Assembly: GCA_021513715.1 (NCBI GenBank)
Contig: CP084167.1
Location: 2,144,001 to 2,208,000, forward strand
Source of the DNA: Candidatus Heimdallarchaeum endolithica
Lineage (GTDB): Archaea > Asgardarchaeota > Heimdallarchaeia > Heimdallarchaeales > Heimdallarchaeaceae
Reading direction: 5' to 3'
DNA length: 64,000 nucleotides
Under the pieces are notes generated by a model, which saw only the letters and a program-made list of their open reading frames with translations, was not told where the DNA came from and ran no database searches. The first letter of the stretch is position 1. Every line of letters starts with the position of its first letter. Made by a program: the position numbers and the translations under genes. Positions 27,800 to 38,736 of this stretch are shown here, piece after piece.

Positions 27800-30511
27800 T
27801 TATTTCTTTGTATCTTTTAATGCGGAATGAGCAGCAGCAAGTCTGGCTATTGGGACACGGTAAGGACTGCAAGAAACATAGTTTAATCCTATTTTGTGGC
27901 AGAATTCAATTGATTTTGGTTCACCACCTTGTTCCCCGCATATGCCTATTTCCAGATCTGGTTTTGTTAACCTTCCTTCACTTACACATAGTTGCATTAG
28001 TCTTCCTACGCCCACCTGATCTATTGTTACGAATGGGTCTGCTGGCATTATATCTAAACTTAGGTATTTGTTAATGAATGGCCCTGCATCATCTCTGCTA
28101 AATCCTAGTGTCATTTGATGTAGATCATTTGTTCCGAAGCTGAAGAATTCTGCTCCTTCTTCTCCTTTTGCTATATCTGCTGCTGTTATTGCTGCTCTTG
28201 GTACTTCTATCATTGTTCCTACTAGATATTTGAATTCTACTCCTTCTTCTTTCATTATCTCTTTAGCTATTCTATCGATTATTTTTCTTTGATGCTTAAA
28301 CTCTGTTTCAAATCCTACTAATGGTACCATTACTTCTGGCATCACTTCTATTCCTTTTTTCTTAACTTTTGCAGCTGCTCTGAATATTGCTCTACTTTGC
28401 ATTTCTGTAACTATAGGCATAGTTATTCCTAGTCTGCATCCTCTTAGTCCTAGCATTGGGTTTTGTTCTTTCATTAGACGTACGTGTTCTAGCATATTGT
28501 ATTGTTCTTTTAGATCTTCTTCTGTTTTTCCTGCTAATCTTGCTTCATAAATCTCTATTAGTAATTCTTCTTCACTTGGTAGAAATTCATGCAATGGTGG
28601 ATCAATTAATCTGATTATTACTGGTCTTCCTTCTGCTGCTTCGAATAATCCTTCGAAATCTTTTTCTTGGAATGGTTCTAGTTTATCTACTGCTATTTTT
28701 CTTTCCTCTTCAGAACGTGCTAATATCATTTCTCTTACTATGTCTAAGTGGTCAAAGAACATATGCTCTGTTCTGCATAACCCTATTCCTGTTGCTCCAA
28801 ATTCTATTGCTTTTCTGAATTGGTCTGGCTTATCTGCGTTTGCTCTTACTTTTAATTTTGCATATTCATCTGCCCATTCAAGTATTTTTTGCATTCCTTC
28901 TGGTAATTCTGCTGGAGTAGTTGGTAGTTTTCCTTGGTAGATTGCTCCATCTGTTCCATCAATTGTTATCCATTCTCCTTCTTTGACTACTAATCCATTT
29001 CCACGAACTTCTTTAGCTTCAAGATCAATAGTTATTCCTCCTCTTTCACTACCAACAATACATGCTTTTCCTATTTGTCTAGCTACTATTGCTGCGTGTG
29101 AAGTTAATCCTCCTTTCATTGTTAGAATTCCTTTTGATGCAGCCATACCATGAAAATCTTCTGGAGTTGTTTCTACTCTAACTAGTATTGTATCTTCTCC
29201 TCTGTCTGCAGCTTCTTTTGCCCCATCAGCTGTAAAATATGCAATTCCACAAGCAGCTGCAGCTCCAGCAGGTAATCCTTTTCCAAGTTGCTTTTTCTTT
29301 AATTCTGCTTTTATGCTTTTTATTGGAGCATTTGGATTTATTTGAGCCCAATTAATGCTAGGAAACAGACAATTGTCTACGTCACTTGCACTAATCCTCA
29401 ATATTGCTTCTTCCTTGGTTATTAATCCTTCTTGTACTAGATCATAAGCAATTTTTCCTGCGGCTATACCTGTTCTTTTTCCATTTCTTGTTTGTAGAAG
29501 ATATAGTTTTCCTTGTTGAATAGTAAACTCCATGTCTTGCATATCTCTATATCTATTTTCTAACAATTGAGCTAGTTCTATTAATTGATTGTAAACTTCT
29601 GGCATATGATCCTTTAAGTGGCTTATTGGTTCAGGAGTTCGGATTCCTGCAACTACATCTTCACCTTGAGCATTTACTAAATATTCACCATAAACTTGCT
29701 TATCTCCGGTAGAAGGATTTCTTGTAAATGCAACACCTGTTGCTGAGTCATCTCCCATATTTCCAAAAACCATAGTTTGGACATTTACTGCTGTTCCTAG
29801 ATCATGGCTAATTCCATGATAATTGCGGTAGTCAATAGCTCTTTTATTGTTCCAGCTATTAAATACTGCTCTTATTGCTTTATCTAACTGTTCTTTTGGA
29901 TCTTGTGGGAATGGTTCTCCTAGATGTTCTTCATATACTTTTTTGTTTATCTCAACTAGTTCTTTTAATGCTTCTGCACTAAGTTCTGAATCGAATTTTA
30001 CTCCTTGCTTTTCTTTCATTTTTTCTAATTCTTTTTCAAAATAATCTTTAGAGAGTCCCATTACAACATCTGCGAACATATAAATAAAACGTCTATATGC
30101 GTCGTAAGCAAAACGTGGATTACTAGTCTTTTTCGCTAGTCCTTCGACAGATACATCATTTAATCCTAGATTAAGTACAGTATCCATCATTCCAGGCATA
30201 GATATTGCAGCACCACTTCTTACGGAAACTAAAAGAGGATCTTTATTATCTCCCAACTTTTTACCATTAACTTGTTCTAGTTCAGTTAAGGCTTCCTCTA
30301 TTTGTTCACTTAACCCTTCAGGATACTCATTGTTATTAGCTAGAAAATGTAAACAAGCTTTTGTAGAAATTACAAAACCTGGAGGAACAGGTAGACCTAA
30401 GCTAGTCATTTGGGCTAGATTTGCTCCTTTACCACCCAACAAGTTTTTCATTTCTGCAGAACCTTCACATTTTTCCTTTGAAAAAAATCTATAGACGTAT
30501 TTTTCACTCAT
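27800..30511 (-). CDS. ppdK: Pyruvate phosphate dikinase
   Basis: LGGKGANL, SVRSGA, GLTSHAA phospho-His, GLCRTEHMF, SFGTNDL. Confidence 0.98.
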   Translation of the reverse strand: MSEKYVYRFFSKEKCEGSAEMKNLLGGKGANLAQMTSLGLPVPPGFVISTKACLHFLANNNEYPEGLSEQIEEALTELEQVNGKKLGDNKDPLLVSVRSGAAISMPGMMDTVLNLGLNDVSVEGLAKKTSNPRFAYDAYRRFIYMFADVVMGLSKDYFEKELEKMKEKQGVKFDSELSAEALKELVEINKKVYEEHLGEPFPQDPKEQLDKAIRAVFNSWNNKRAIDYRNYHGISHDLGTAVNVQTMVFGNMGDDSATGVAFTRNPSTGDKQVYGEYLVNAQGEDVVAGIRTPEPISHLKDHMPEVYNQLIELAQLLENRYRDMQDMEFTIQQGKLYLLQTRNGKRTGIAAGKIAYDLVQEGLITKEEAILRISASDVDNCLFPSINWAQINPNAPIKSIKAELKKKQLGKGLPAGAAAACGIAYFTADGAKEAADRGEDTILVRVETTPEDFHGMAASKGILTMKGGLTSHAAIVARQIGKACIVGSERGGITIDLEAKEVRGNGLVVKEGEWITIDGTDGAIYQGKLPTTPAELPEGMQKILEWADEYAKLKVRANADKPDQFRKAIEFGATGIGLCRTEHMFFDHLDIVREMILARSEEERKIAVDKLEPFQEKDFEGLFEAAEGRPVIIRLIDPPLHEFLPSEEELLIEIYEARLAGKTEEDLKEQYNMLEHVRLMKEQNPMLGLRGCRLGITMPIVTEMQSRAIFRAAAKVKKKGIEVMPEVMVPLVGFETEFKHQRKIIDRIAKEIMKEEGVEFKYLVGTMIEVPRAAITAADIAKGEEGAEFFSFGTNDLHQMTLGFSRDDAGPFINKYLSLDIMPADPFVTIDQVGVGRLMQLCVSEGRLTKPDLEIGICGEQGGEPKSIEFCHKIGLNYVSCSPYRVPIARLAAAHSALKDTKK

Positions 30512-30625
30512 TCATTAAGCACCTTTTGTAAATGTAGTTTTTATATGGCTAATTGCACTCTCGAGTGCGGTCTTTTGAACATTTTGATTAATGAAAAAAT
30601 TAAACGAAAAAAAGTATGAAAAAAT

Positions 30626-31060
30626 TTATCCTCCAGTTTTTTTCTTATACAAGAGCACTATAACTACATACCAAATTAAAACAAATATTGAAGCTATTAC
30701 TTCAATTTTTTGTGCAGAATTTACATCAAAAGTAAATCTTGTTGCATAGTCAAATAAATACAAACTTAGAGCTGCAAAGGCAATTATAAAACCAGCTACT
30801 ATTCCTTCAATTAGAAATTGTGCTTGTGTTGCAGGGTAAACAAAAAGAGGTTGTCCTTGCGATCCACTTCCTAATGGAGCAATATAATCCTTATTTACAA
30901 TATCATAAGCTCCACCGCTGAAAATGTAAAATATTATTCCATATACTATAAAATACCAAACACTCTGTGGAATTTCAGTAGGTATTCGAAATGTTATTTG
31001 ATGAAGATTAAATTTAGGTCTTCTTATGCCTGGAAGTATCCACGGTAATCTTTTCGTCAT
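30626..31060 (-). CDS. Oligosaccharyltransferase subunit OSTC/DC2 (OST3/OST6 family) homologue
   Basis: Three TMs with FSGGAYDIV and QFLIEGIVAG, matching the OST3/6-DC2 signature (xGGxxYD...QyxxEG). Confidence 0.8.
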   Translation of the reverse strand: MTKRLPWILPGIRRPKFNLHQITFRIPTEIPQSVWYFIVYGIIFYIFSGGAYDIVNKDYIAPLGSGSQGQPLFVYPATQAQFLIEGIVAGFIIAFAALSLYLFDYATRFTFDVNSAQKIEVIASIFVLIWYVVIVLLYKKKTGG

Positions 31061-31294
31061 AATATTCTCATTTTTTGAAAAACGTTGGTTCTTTTAAACA
31101 TTTCGCACTACGAGATAAACGTTTTTTATTGATTTTTTATTTAAATTTCTCGTATAAGTTTGTATCTTACTTTATTTGACTTTTTTTGGATAATCAAAGA
31201 ATAAATGAAAATTGTGTTTTATTATAATACATATTGCTTAAATTTTGTCATTATTAATAATATTTATAACTAAAAATCTAACAGTCCAATCAAG

Positions 31295-31603
31295 GTGAAT
31301 AATGAGATGGATTTAAACCGGAGTATTAGAATCGCCGTGGATACGGGTAAAGTCGATTTTGGTGCAAAATCAGCTATTAATGCACTATTGAACAATAAAG
31401 CTAAATTAGTTATTATTGCCGAAAATACACCAGAAAAAATAAAATTAGATATTGAATATTATGCTGAAATGTCAAATACACCCGTTTTAACATTTCCTAG
31501 TTCAACATTAGATCTTGGTGCTACTTGTGGAAGACCACATTTTGTTTCTGCTTTAACCATTTATGAAACAGGAGACAGTGACATATTAAATGCAGTACAA
31601 TAA
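31295..31603 (+). CDS. rpl30e: 50S ribosomal protein eL30
   Basis: AVDTGKVDFG, KLVIIAEN, LGATCGRPH, GDSDIL. Confidence 0.97.
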   Translation: MNNEMDLNRSIRIAVDTGKVDFGAKSAINALLNNKAKLVIIAENTPEKIKLDIEYYAEMSNTPVLTFPSSTLDLGATCGRPHFVSALTIYETGDSDILNAVQ

Positions 31604-31676
31604 ATGTACTGATTTTTTTCTGTATTTTTTGCTTTAATGTTATGAATTTAATTTAGATCGAATAAAAAATTAAAAA

Positions 31677-32564
31677 TTAGTAATGAGAAATTGAACCTTT
31701 TTTCTGAACGATTAAATAGACTTTCTTGTATAACCAACTGAATAGACATACTAATGCAAAAGAATAAAGCAATAATATAATAATTGCACTCCAAACTGTT
31801 GTATTTGACAGCACTGCTCCAGTAAACATTATCTCTCTGAAGGCTGATATGGCTTGTGTTAAGGGGGAAGCTAAAGCTATGACTTGAAGAAATTTTGGAA
31901 ATACTGATATTGGATATAAAATTCCTCCCAAAAAGTGTAGTAAACCTGAAATAGCTAGAGCAATTTCTCTTCCTCTTTTCAAAACTACAACTAATAGAGA
32001 CGATGTTAATGTAAGAATTGACATGAATAATATATACGTTAATAATAAAATTATTAGTGTCATGCTTGTTTTGAAAGTAAAATCTACTAAACCGCTTGTA
32101 AAAGGGTAAATTAATAAAATTGGAATTAGAAAAATAATGTTCTGAAGTGAATAGTATATTACTTCCGAGATTATTTCTAAAATAATATATCTCTTAAGCC
32201 CAAATGGTGTTAAAACTATTGATTCAAAAGTACCTTGTCTCATCTCATTTGTTAATGATCCTAATCCTGCTCCTAATATTATAGTACCATATGACGCAAT
32301 TAATAACCCAGAAAAAATATAAGAAACACCAGAAACACCATAACTTTCTGTAATTATCATTTGTTTTGGTAATAATAAAGATACGAAGAAATACATTGAA
32401 AAAGCAATAAAGCTATTCAAAAATGAGTTAATGATTTTTATTTTGTATTTTGCTATTATTGAAATATTTCTCTTGAGAATTGCTTTGAATCCTGAGAATG
32501 TTAATTGAAATTTTATTTGTTTAGTGGAAAATGCTTCTCCTATCTCTTCTAAACTCTCGTACAT
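31677..32564 (-). CDS. ABC-2 type transporter permease
   Basis: Six TMs, EMRQGTFE, GILYPIS, SPLT. Confidence 0.88.
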   Translation of the reverse strand: MYESLEEIGEAFSTKQIKFQLTFSGFKAILKRNISIIAKYKIKIINSFLNSFIAFSMYFFVSLLLPKQMIITESYGVSGVSYIFSGLLIASYGTIILGAGLGSLTNEMRQGTFESIVLTPFGLKRYIILEIISEVIYYSLQNIIFLIPILLIYPFTSGLVDFTFKTSMTLIILLLTYILFMSILTLTSSLLVVVLKRGREIALAISGLLHFLGGILYPISVFPKFLQVIALASPLTQAISAFREIMFTGAVLSNTTVWSAIIILLLYSFALVCLFSWLYKKVYLIVQKKGSISHY

Positions 32565-32576
32565 CCTATTTCTCTC

Positions 32577-33449
32577 CTAATAAATTGATACACTTCCTTC
32601 TTTTCTTATTTTTTTTAAGCTTAAGTTTACCAGAATCACTCCGAATATTCCAATAATAAAAGTAAACCCTCCTAAAATAGATGCATTTACTAATACGGAT
32701 CTAACAAAATCTTCTGAAAATAAAGTTGCATATATTCCTTCTAACCCATATGTTAAAGGCATTATTCTAGAAAAGAACCATGCAACTGGATATCCTTTCA
32801 GTAAAATTATAGGAAAAGTGATTCCTGTAAATGCTTTTGTTAATTCATAGAACATCTTTGTTAGTCCAATATTCTTTTTGTACCAAATAGAAATGGAACT
32901 GAAGAATATACTTATTGATATATAGGATAACATTATTAGCAAGAAAAGGATAGCGATATAAATAGTAAAATTTAAGGAAAACCAAAAAGGTACCCTTAGA
33001 AAAACTGTTGCTATGAAATATGAAACTAATATGGAAAATGATGACAAAAAGATACCCGCAATTGATGTTCCTAATGCATATTCTATAATATTAAAGAAAA
33101 AAAATGTAGATGACCAGGTTCCAGTAATGATTTCTTGTAGGATATTTTGCTCTGTAGAAGCTAAAGCTGTTCCAACTACCATTTGAAGGGATAAACCAAC
33201 AAAAGCATATTGAAAATATGATATTGATACTCCATGGATTTTAATAGAAATGTCGTTTTCTCCAAAAAAATAAAACATGAAGAAATAAACTATATTCAAA
33301 AACAATGTCATAAAAAATGCGCTTTTGTAGTTTAAAGCTGTTTTTATTTTAGCTTCGATTATAGCTTTAGTTTTTTGAAAAAAGTTATGCTTTTTTGATT
33401 TTTCTACGAAAAAGGGAAGAATTTCTATTACGTTAACCATTTTTCTCAC
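32577..33449 (-). CDS. ABC-2 type transporter permease
   Basis: Six TMs, EIITGTW, GITFPI, MPLTY. Confidence 0.88.
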   Translation of the reverse strand: MRKMVNVIEILPFFVEKSKKHNFFQKTKAIIEAKIKTALNYKSAFFMTLFLNIVYFFMFYFFGENDISIKIHGVSISYFQYAFVGLSLQMVVGTALASTEQNILQEIITGTWSSTFFFFNIIEYALGTSIAGIFLSSFSILVSYFIATVFLRVPFWFSLNFTIYIAILFLLIMLSYISISIFFSSISIWYKKNIGLTKMFYELTKAFTGITFPIILLKGYPVAWFFSRIMPLTYGLEGIYATLFSEDFVRSVLVNASILGGFTFIIGIFGVILVNLSLKKIRKEGSVSIY

Positions 33450-34480
33450 CTATTACTAATCTTTATTTTCTGCTCTATATTTTCTTCATACTTTTTTTCA
33501 CTAGAATTTAGATAAGCTAAAAATGCTTCTTTTAATGATGGTTGGTAGGGTTGTAGTTGAAACACTTTTCCTCCTCTTTCAACAATCATACTATTTAATA
33601 GAGCAATCGTTTCAATAATCGGAAATTTCTTAGCCACAATTCGAGCATTAAAAATATTAGCGTTTTTCGATATTTCCTTTCTTTTTATTTCTACTAGCTG
33701 CCCTCCAATAACTTGTGAAATTAAAGCTGAAAAGATTTCTTTATTGAATTTTTTCATAGAAAAATGAATGTCAATGAAATTTTTTGAGGCTAATTGTTTG
33801 AAAGATTCAGGAGCACAATCTTTTATTATTTTTCCTTTGTCAATAAGTACAATTCGCTCAGTTAGACTGTCAACTTCTTGAAAATTATGGCTTGTGAGGA
33901 TAATTGTTGTTTTGAACTTTTTGTTGAAATACTCTAATATATTTCTTGCTTTATCTGATGTATTTGCATCAAAACCAAGTGTTGGCTCATCTAATAATAA
34001 TATTTTTGGATTAGGTATGAGTGTTCTAATAAATAGTACTTTTGTTTTCATTCCTGTACTTAATTTCATTACTAATACGTCTCTATATTTATCTAATTCA
34101 AAATAATCTAAAAGCAAATTAATCCTTTTTTTTGCAATTTTTTTTGGAACTCCTGCTAAACTTGAATAAAAAATCAAATTGTCATATATTGACAACCTAT
34201 AATATAAGCTACGCCCACCATTTTCTCCAAATAAAGGTCCAATAAGTTGCCTAATTTTTTTAGAATTTTTAATATTTATATTATTTATAAAAGCTGTTCC
34301 TTGATCTGGTGATACCAACGTTGCTAATATTTTAGTTAATGTTGTTTTTCCAGCTCCATTTGGCCCTAAAAGTCCTACAAACTCTCCTTCTTTAATAGAT
34401 AAGCTAATGTTATTTAGTGCTGTAATCTCTCTTCCCTTTACTTTGTATGTTTTTGTTAAATTAGATATTTCAATTGACAT
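33446..34480 (-). CDS. ABC-2 exporter ATP-binding protein
   Basis: GPNGAGKT, LSTGM, LLDEPT, TSH. Confidence 0.93.
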   Translation of the reverse strand: MSIEISNLTKTYKVKGREITALNNISLSIKEGEFVGLLGPNGAGKTTLTKILATLVSPDQGTAFINNINIKNSKKIRQLIGPLFGENGGRSLYYRLSIYDNLIFYSSLAGVPKKIAKKRINLLLDYFELDKYRDVLVMKLSTGMKTKVLFIRTLIPNPKILLLDEPTLGFDANTSDKARNILEYFNKKFKTTIILTSHNFQEVDSLTERIVLIDKGKIIKDCAPESFKQLASKNFIDIHFSMKKFNKEIFSALISQVIGGQLVEIKRKEISKNANIFNARIVAKKFPIIETIALLNSMIVERGGKVFQLQPYQPSLKEAFLAYLNSSEKKYEENIEQKIKISNR

Positions 34481-34496
34481 TCATTAAAAATATACT

Positions 34497-35981
34497 ATGA
34501 AAATATATAAACTCCAAAAATACAAGATATGTTTTAATTCTTTAACTTTATATAGCGAAATCCAGTTTATTATTTTGAGGATTTTGGAATCAAATCGAAT
34601 AGAAAATCGTGAGTATCAAAATTATATAATTGATCATATTTTTACTTCTGTTAATAGCAATCGGAATGTTATTTTAGAACTAGATTGTGGGATGGGAAAA
34701 AGAGTAATTATTTATCGTTTAATAGCAGAAGCTTTTTTAAAAGAGAAAATCTTGATTTTTCTTCAAAATCAATCAAGTTTACAGGAAACAGAAGATTACT
34801 TAAACAATAGATATGGAGGAATTGAAGATTTAGGGGTTATTCATTCAAAACACAGTTCAATCCAAAGAAAATATATCTTAGAAAATAGCAGGATAATACT
34901 TACACTACCTTTATCGTTTATGAATACAATAAAAAAGTACCCAAATATTGTATCTTCCTTTAAAATAATAATTATAAATGAAATCGATACTATAATTAGA
35001 AGAGTTAGTTATAAGACAGTATTGCGAAATCCATGGAATCACATAATTTCTAGATTTAGTCATTGTAAATTTATAGGAATGAGCGGGACTTTAAGAGATT
35101 ATCATACAATCTCTAGTGATAAGAAAGTTTTCAAAAGAAAAGAATTGTCTACGTTATTAGACTTTTTTCCAAATACTGATATCATTTATCTTGAAGATCT
35201 TAATAAAACAGATATTAATAATTATATTACCCACACAGAAATTTATCTTCACCCAGTAAACGATGATTCAATAAAAGAAATTATAGATTTCCTATCATTT
35301 GAAATTAAAAAAATAAAGGATAATATAAAGAAAGATCATTCTAGTGAACTTCAGAACGATGAGATGTTCTTAAATGATCTTCAATTTCTCGATATTGAAC
35401 CAGAAATAATAAAAAAGTTAAATCACCTTTTAATTTTAAGGAAATACGTTTATTCTATGCCTGTTTCCTCCTTTTGGAAACATCTACTTAGATTTGGATT
35501 TTCTCCTGAACAATTACCTCCCTATCCTCAGAAAACAGGAAAAGAAAATTATACAATAAAAGTTGCGCAGAGATTCAAAAAAGTTGTTATTTTATGTTCG
35601 TATTTATCATCCATTTACTCATTAAAAAAACGATTTTTATCTATTGGATATAATGTCTATGTATTAGAAGGAAAAACAACTATAAAAGCGGAACCTCTTA
35701 TAAATTTTAAAAATGCGAAAGAAAAATCTGTATTATTAATTTCTTCTGTTGGAGAACGTGACCTTGATATCCCACAAACAGATGTACTAATTGTTTATGA
35801 TTTAGTTAATAGTCCAAAAACTGTATATCAGAAGATGAAACGTAGTCGAGGAGGAAAGGTGTTTATTTTGTTTTATAATAACACCTCAGAACAGAATAAA
35901 GTCCGTAGAGTAATTAGTGATATTGTAGTTAAATATCCGTGGTCTATTATTTACTATGGAGAAAAAAATGTTAATAGTTAA
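34497..35981 (+). CDS. SF2 helicase-like protein (Hef/FANCM-like) with degenerate motifs
   Basis: REYQ Q-motif, LDCGMGK, INEID, GMSGT, SSVGERDLDIP, QKMKRSR. Confidence 0.75.
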   Translation: MKIYKLQKYKICFNSLTLYSEIQFIILRILESNRIENREYQNYIIDHIFTSVNSNRNVILELDCGMGKRVIIYRLIAEAFLKEKILIFLQNQSSLQETEDYLNNRYGGIEDLGVIHSKHSSIQRKYILENSRIILTLPLSFMNTIKKYPNIVSSFKIIIINEIDTIIRRVSYKTVLRNPWNHIISRFSHCKFIGMSGTLRDYHTISSDKKVFKRKELSTLLDFFPNTDIIYLEDLNKTDINNYITHTEIYLHPVNDDSIKEIIDFLSFEIKKIKDNIKKDHSSELQNDEMFLNDLQFLDIEPEIIKKLNHLLILRKYVYSMPVSSFWKHLLRFGFSPEQLPPYPQKTGKENYTIKVAQRFKKVVILCSYLSSIYSLKKRFLSIGYNVYVLEGKTTIKAEPLINFKNAKEKSVLLISSVGERDLDIPQTDVLIVYDLVNSPKTVYQKMKRSRGGKVFILFYNNTSEQNKVRRVISDIVVKYPWSIIYYGEKNVNS

Positions 35982-36000
35982 TTTTTTAATAATTGTAGTT

Positions 36001-36828
36001 TTAACCCTTAACTTTGTTTTGAATATATTCTAAAAATTTTGATGTTTCTTCTGTTTTTGCATGAAGATTAAATCCAATAGGAGTAATACTGATGGCCTTT
36101 TTTTCAATGACTGCCCATGTGTCTGAACCTTCTGGAAAGGATTTTTTTCTTTCTCCCCACAACCAAAGGTAAGGTAATCCTCTTGGATCTTTTTTTGCAA
36201 TCATATAATTGTCATATTTGTATAAATTTGGAAAAGTTATGAATATCTCTGTTTCATCTGTTATCTCTACAGGAAAATTAACATTTAGGAAAGCTAAATT
36301 TTTTGGCCATTCTGACTCCAATACTATTCTTGTTATATTTTTAGCTATCCTTGCCATTGGTTCAAAGTTTACTCCGTCTTGTTCTATTAATTGTGCATCA
36401 TCTGCAACATCTGATGAAAAAGCAATTGCAGGAACACCATTTAAAGCTGCTTCAAATGCCGCAGCACAAGTTCCTGATGTCAGAACGGAGTGAATTGAAC
36501 TATTATCCCCATAATTTATTCCGGAGACAACAATATCTGGTTTTTTATTTAGTAAATGAAAGCCAACTAGTACATTATCGGCAGGAGAACCTGATGTGCT
36601 ATAACCTTTTTGTTCCCCTTCAAATTTTACTGATCTATATCTTATTGGTTTATGAAAAGTGAGAGCTTTTGATATTGCGGAACTTGGAGCTCTTGGTGCA
36701 ATACAAATAATATTTCCTAATTCTGCCAATTCTCTCCGTAAACTTTGAAGACCTAAAGATGCAATTCCGTCATCGTTAGTTAATAAAATTGTTTTATCAA
36801 AGCTCATATGGTTAACAGTTTTTAGCAT
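36001..36828 (-). CDS. surE: 5'/3'-nucleotidase SurE
   Basis: ILLTNDDG, GSPAD, VSGINYGDN, SGT. Confidence 0.96.
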   Translation of the reverse strand: MLKTVNHMSFDKTILLTNDDGIASLGLQSLRRELAELGNIICIAPRAPSSAISKALTFHKPIRYRSVKFEGEQKGYSTSGSPADNVLVGFHLLNKKPDIVVSGINYGDNSSIHSVLTSGTCAAAFEAALNGVPAIAFSSDVADDAQLIEQDGVNFEPMARIAKNITRIVLESEWPKNLAFLNVNFPVEITDETEIFITFPNLYKYDNYMIAKKDPRGLPYLWLWGERKKSFPEGSDTWAVIEKKAISITPIGFNLHAKTEETSKFLEYIQNKVKG

Positions 36829-37057
36829 TTGTTAAATCTTGTCATTTTTTATATTTCTATATTTTTTATCTGTTCTTAAGTGAGATGTGATTTTTTGAAA
36901 TGTGCTTTTTTATAATAAAATGTCATAAAATGGAAGAAAACTAATGTTAGCTAACCTCTAGCAAAAAACATCAAAACCAAAATGCTTTTAAAAATGAACC
37001 TTTGGGTGTTATTCAAGTACAACTTGAATAATAGTAAGTACATCTAGAAACTTAAAG

Positions 37058-38350
37058 GTGTTAAATATGAGTTCAAAGGAAAAACCACACTTAAATTTAG
37101 TGATCATTGGTCATGTTGATCATGGAAAATCAACAATGACTGGCCATTTGCTTTATTTATGCGGAGGCATAAGCGAAAGAGAAATGGCAAAATATGAAAA
37201 AGAAGCAGAATCTATCGGCCGTGGAAGTTTCAAATTTGCTTGGGTCTTAGATAAACTTAAGGAAGAAAGAGAAAGAGGAGTAACCATCGATCTTGCTTTC
37301 TACAAATTTGAAACCAATAAATACTATTTCACAATTATTGATGCTCCAGGCCATAGAGACTTTGTTAAGAACATGATTACAGGAACTTCACAAGCAGATG
37401 CTGCTATCCTCGTAGTCAGTGCGGGAACTGGAGAATTTGAAGCAGGAATTAGTGCAACAGGTCAAACAAGAGAACATGCTCTTCTTGCAAAAACATTGGG
37501 TGTCGATCAGTTTCTTGTTGCAGTAAATAAAATGGATCTCGCAGATTATAAACAAGAACGATACGAAGAAATTAAAAATGAAATGGGCCGTGAATTAAAA
37601 CGTTTTGGTTTTAATTTAGATAAGGTCGAATTTGTTCCTTGCAGTGGTATGGATGGTGATAATCTAAAGGATAAATCCACTAAGATGCCATGGTATAAGG
37701 GACCAACAATCTTAGAAGCATTAGACCAATTTGAAGTACCAAAGAAACCAATAGATAAACCTCTTAGATTGCCAGTTCAAGATGTATATACAATTACTGG
37801 TATAGGAACTGTTCCTGTAGGAAGAGTAGAAACTGGTATCCTTAAACCAAATGATGAAGTTATTTTCCAACCAACTGGTAAAAAAGCAAAAGTTATGTCT
37901 ATTGAAATGCATCATGAACAAATTCCAAAAGCTGAACCTGGTGACAACATCGGATTTAGTTGCAAAGGATTGTCAAAGAAAGATGTTCGTAGAGGAGACG
38001 TTGTAGGACATGCTACAAAACCACCCACTGTTGCAGCAGAATTCACTGCTCAAGTCCAAGTGATAAGACATCCTTCAGCTATAGCTGCAGGTTATACCCC
38101 AGTAATTCATGCAGGAACTGCTCAAGTTGCTGTAAGATTTGCTGAACTTGTCAAAAAGATGAGTAAAGGTCAAACTGAAGATAAACCTGCTTTCTTGAAG
38201 AATGGGGATGGTGCAGTAGTTAAGATGATCCCCACAAGAGACATGGTTATTGAAAAATACAGTGAGTTTCCAGAACTTGGTCGTTTTGCCGTTCGAGATA
38301 TGGGTCAAACTGTTGCTGTAGGAATAGTTAAGGACGTTGTTCCTAAATAA
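37058..38350 (+). CDS. tuf: Elongation factor 1-alpha (likely start ATG 37067)
   Basis: [30 protein letters not shown]. Confidence 0.99.
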   Translation: MLNMSSKEKPHLNLVIIGHVDHGKSTMTGHLLYLCGGISEREMAKYEKEAESIGRGSFKFAWVLDKLKEERERGVTIDLAFYKFETNKYYFTIIDAPGHRDFVKNMITGTSQADAAILVVSAGTGEFEAGISATGQTREHALLAKTLGVDQFLVAVNKMDLADYKQERYEEIKNEMGRELKRFGFNLDKVEFVPCSGMDGDNLKDKSTKMPWYKGPTILEALDQFEVPKKPIDKPLRLPVQDVYTITGIGTVPVGRVETGILKPNDEVIFQPTGKKAKVMSIEMHHEQIPKAEPGDNIGFSCKGLSKKDVRRGDVVGHATKPPTVAAEFTAQVQVIRHPSAIAAGYTPVIHAGTAQVAVRFAELVKKMSKGQTEDKPAFLKNGDGAVVKMIPTRDMVIEKYSEFPELGRFAVRDMGQTVAVGIVKDVVPK

Positions 38351-38361
38351 ATTCTTTTTTT

Positions 38362-38700
38362 TTACTTTCTTTTTTCAAACCAGTTTACAAAAGCTTCTCG
38401 TAAGTTATTACTTTCTTCAATAATTTGAATATCTTGGAAAGCATCACTACTTTTTTTCTCTTCTTCAATTGCATTTAAAGTTGCAATTCTAGATCTTCTA
38501 ATTTCTCCCCTTCCATCAACTGAAATTACTAAGGTATGGTCGTTAGCATGCATAATAACAAAATTGAATAATTGGCTGTCTCTTAATTCTTCTATTTGTT
38601 TCTTATCAATTTTGAAGTCTAGTTTTCTGTTACATTTAGAGCAAATTAGTGTTTTATTAATGAATTCTTGAATTTTTTCCATTTTTTTCTCCTTTTTCAA
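38362..38700 (-). CDS. Small Zn-binding (CxxC...HxxDH) protein
   Basis: CSKC...MHANDHTLVISVDGRGEIR; last gene of the KaiC-GTPase operon. Confidence 0.7.
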   Translation of the reverse strand: MKKEKKMEKIQEFINKTLICSKCNRKLDFKIDKKQIEELRDSQLFNFVIMHANDHTLVISVDGRGEIRRSRIATLNAIEEEKKSSDAFQDIQIIEESNNLREAFVNWFEKRK

Positions 38701-38736
38701 TTTATGCTATAGAAAATTTAACTAAATGTAATTGAA

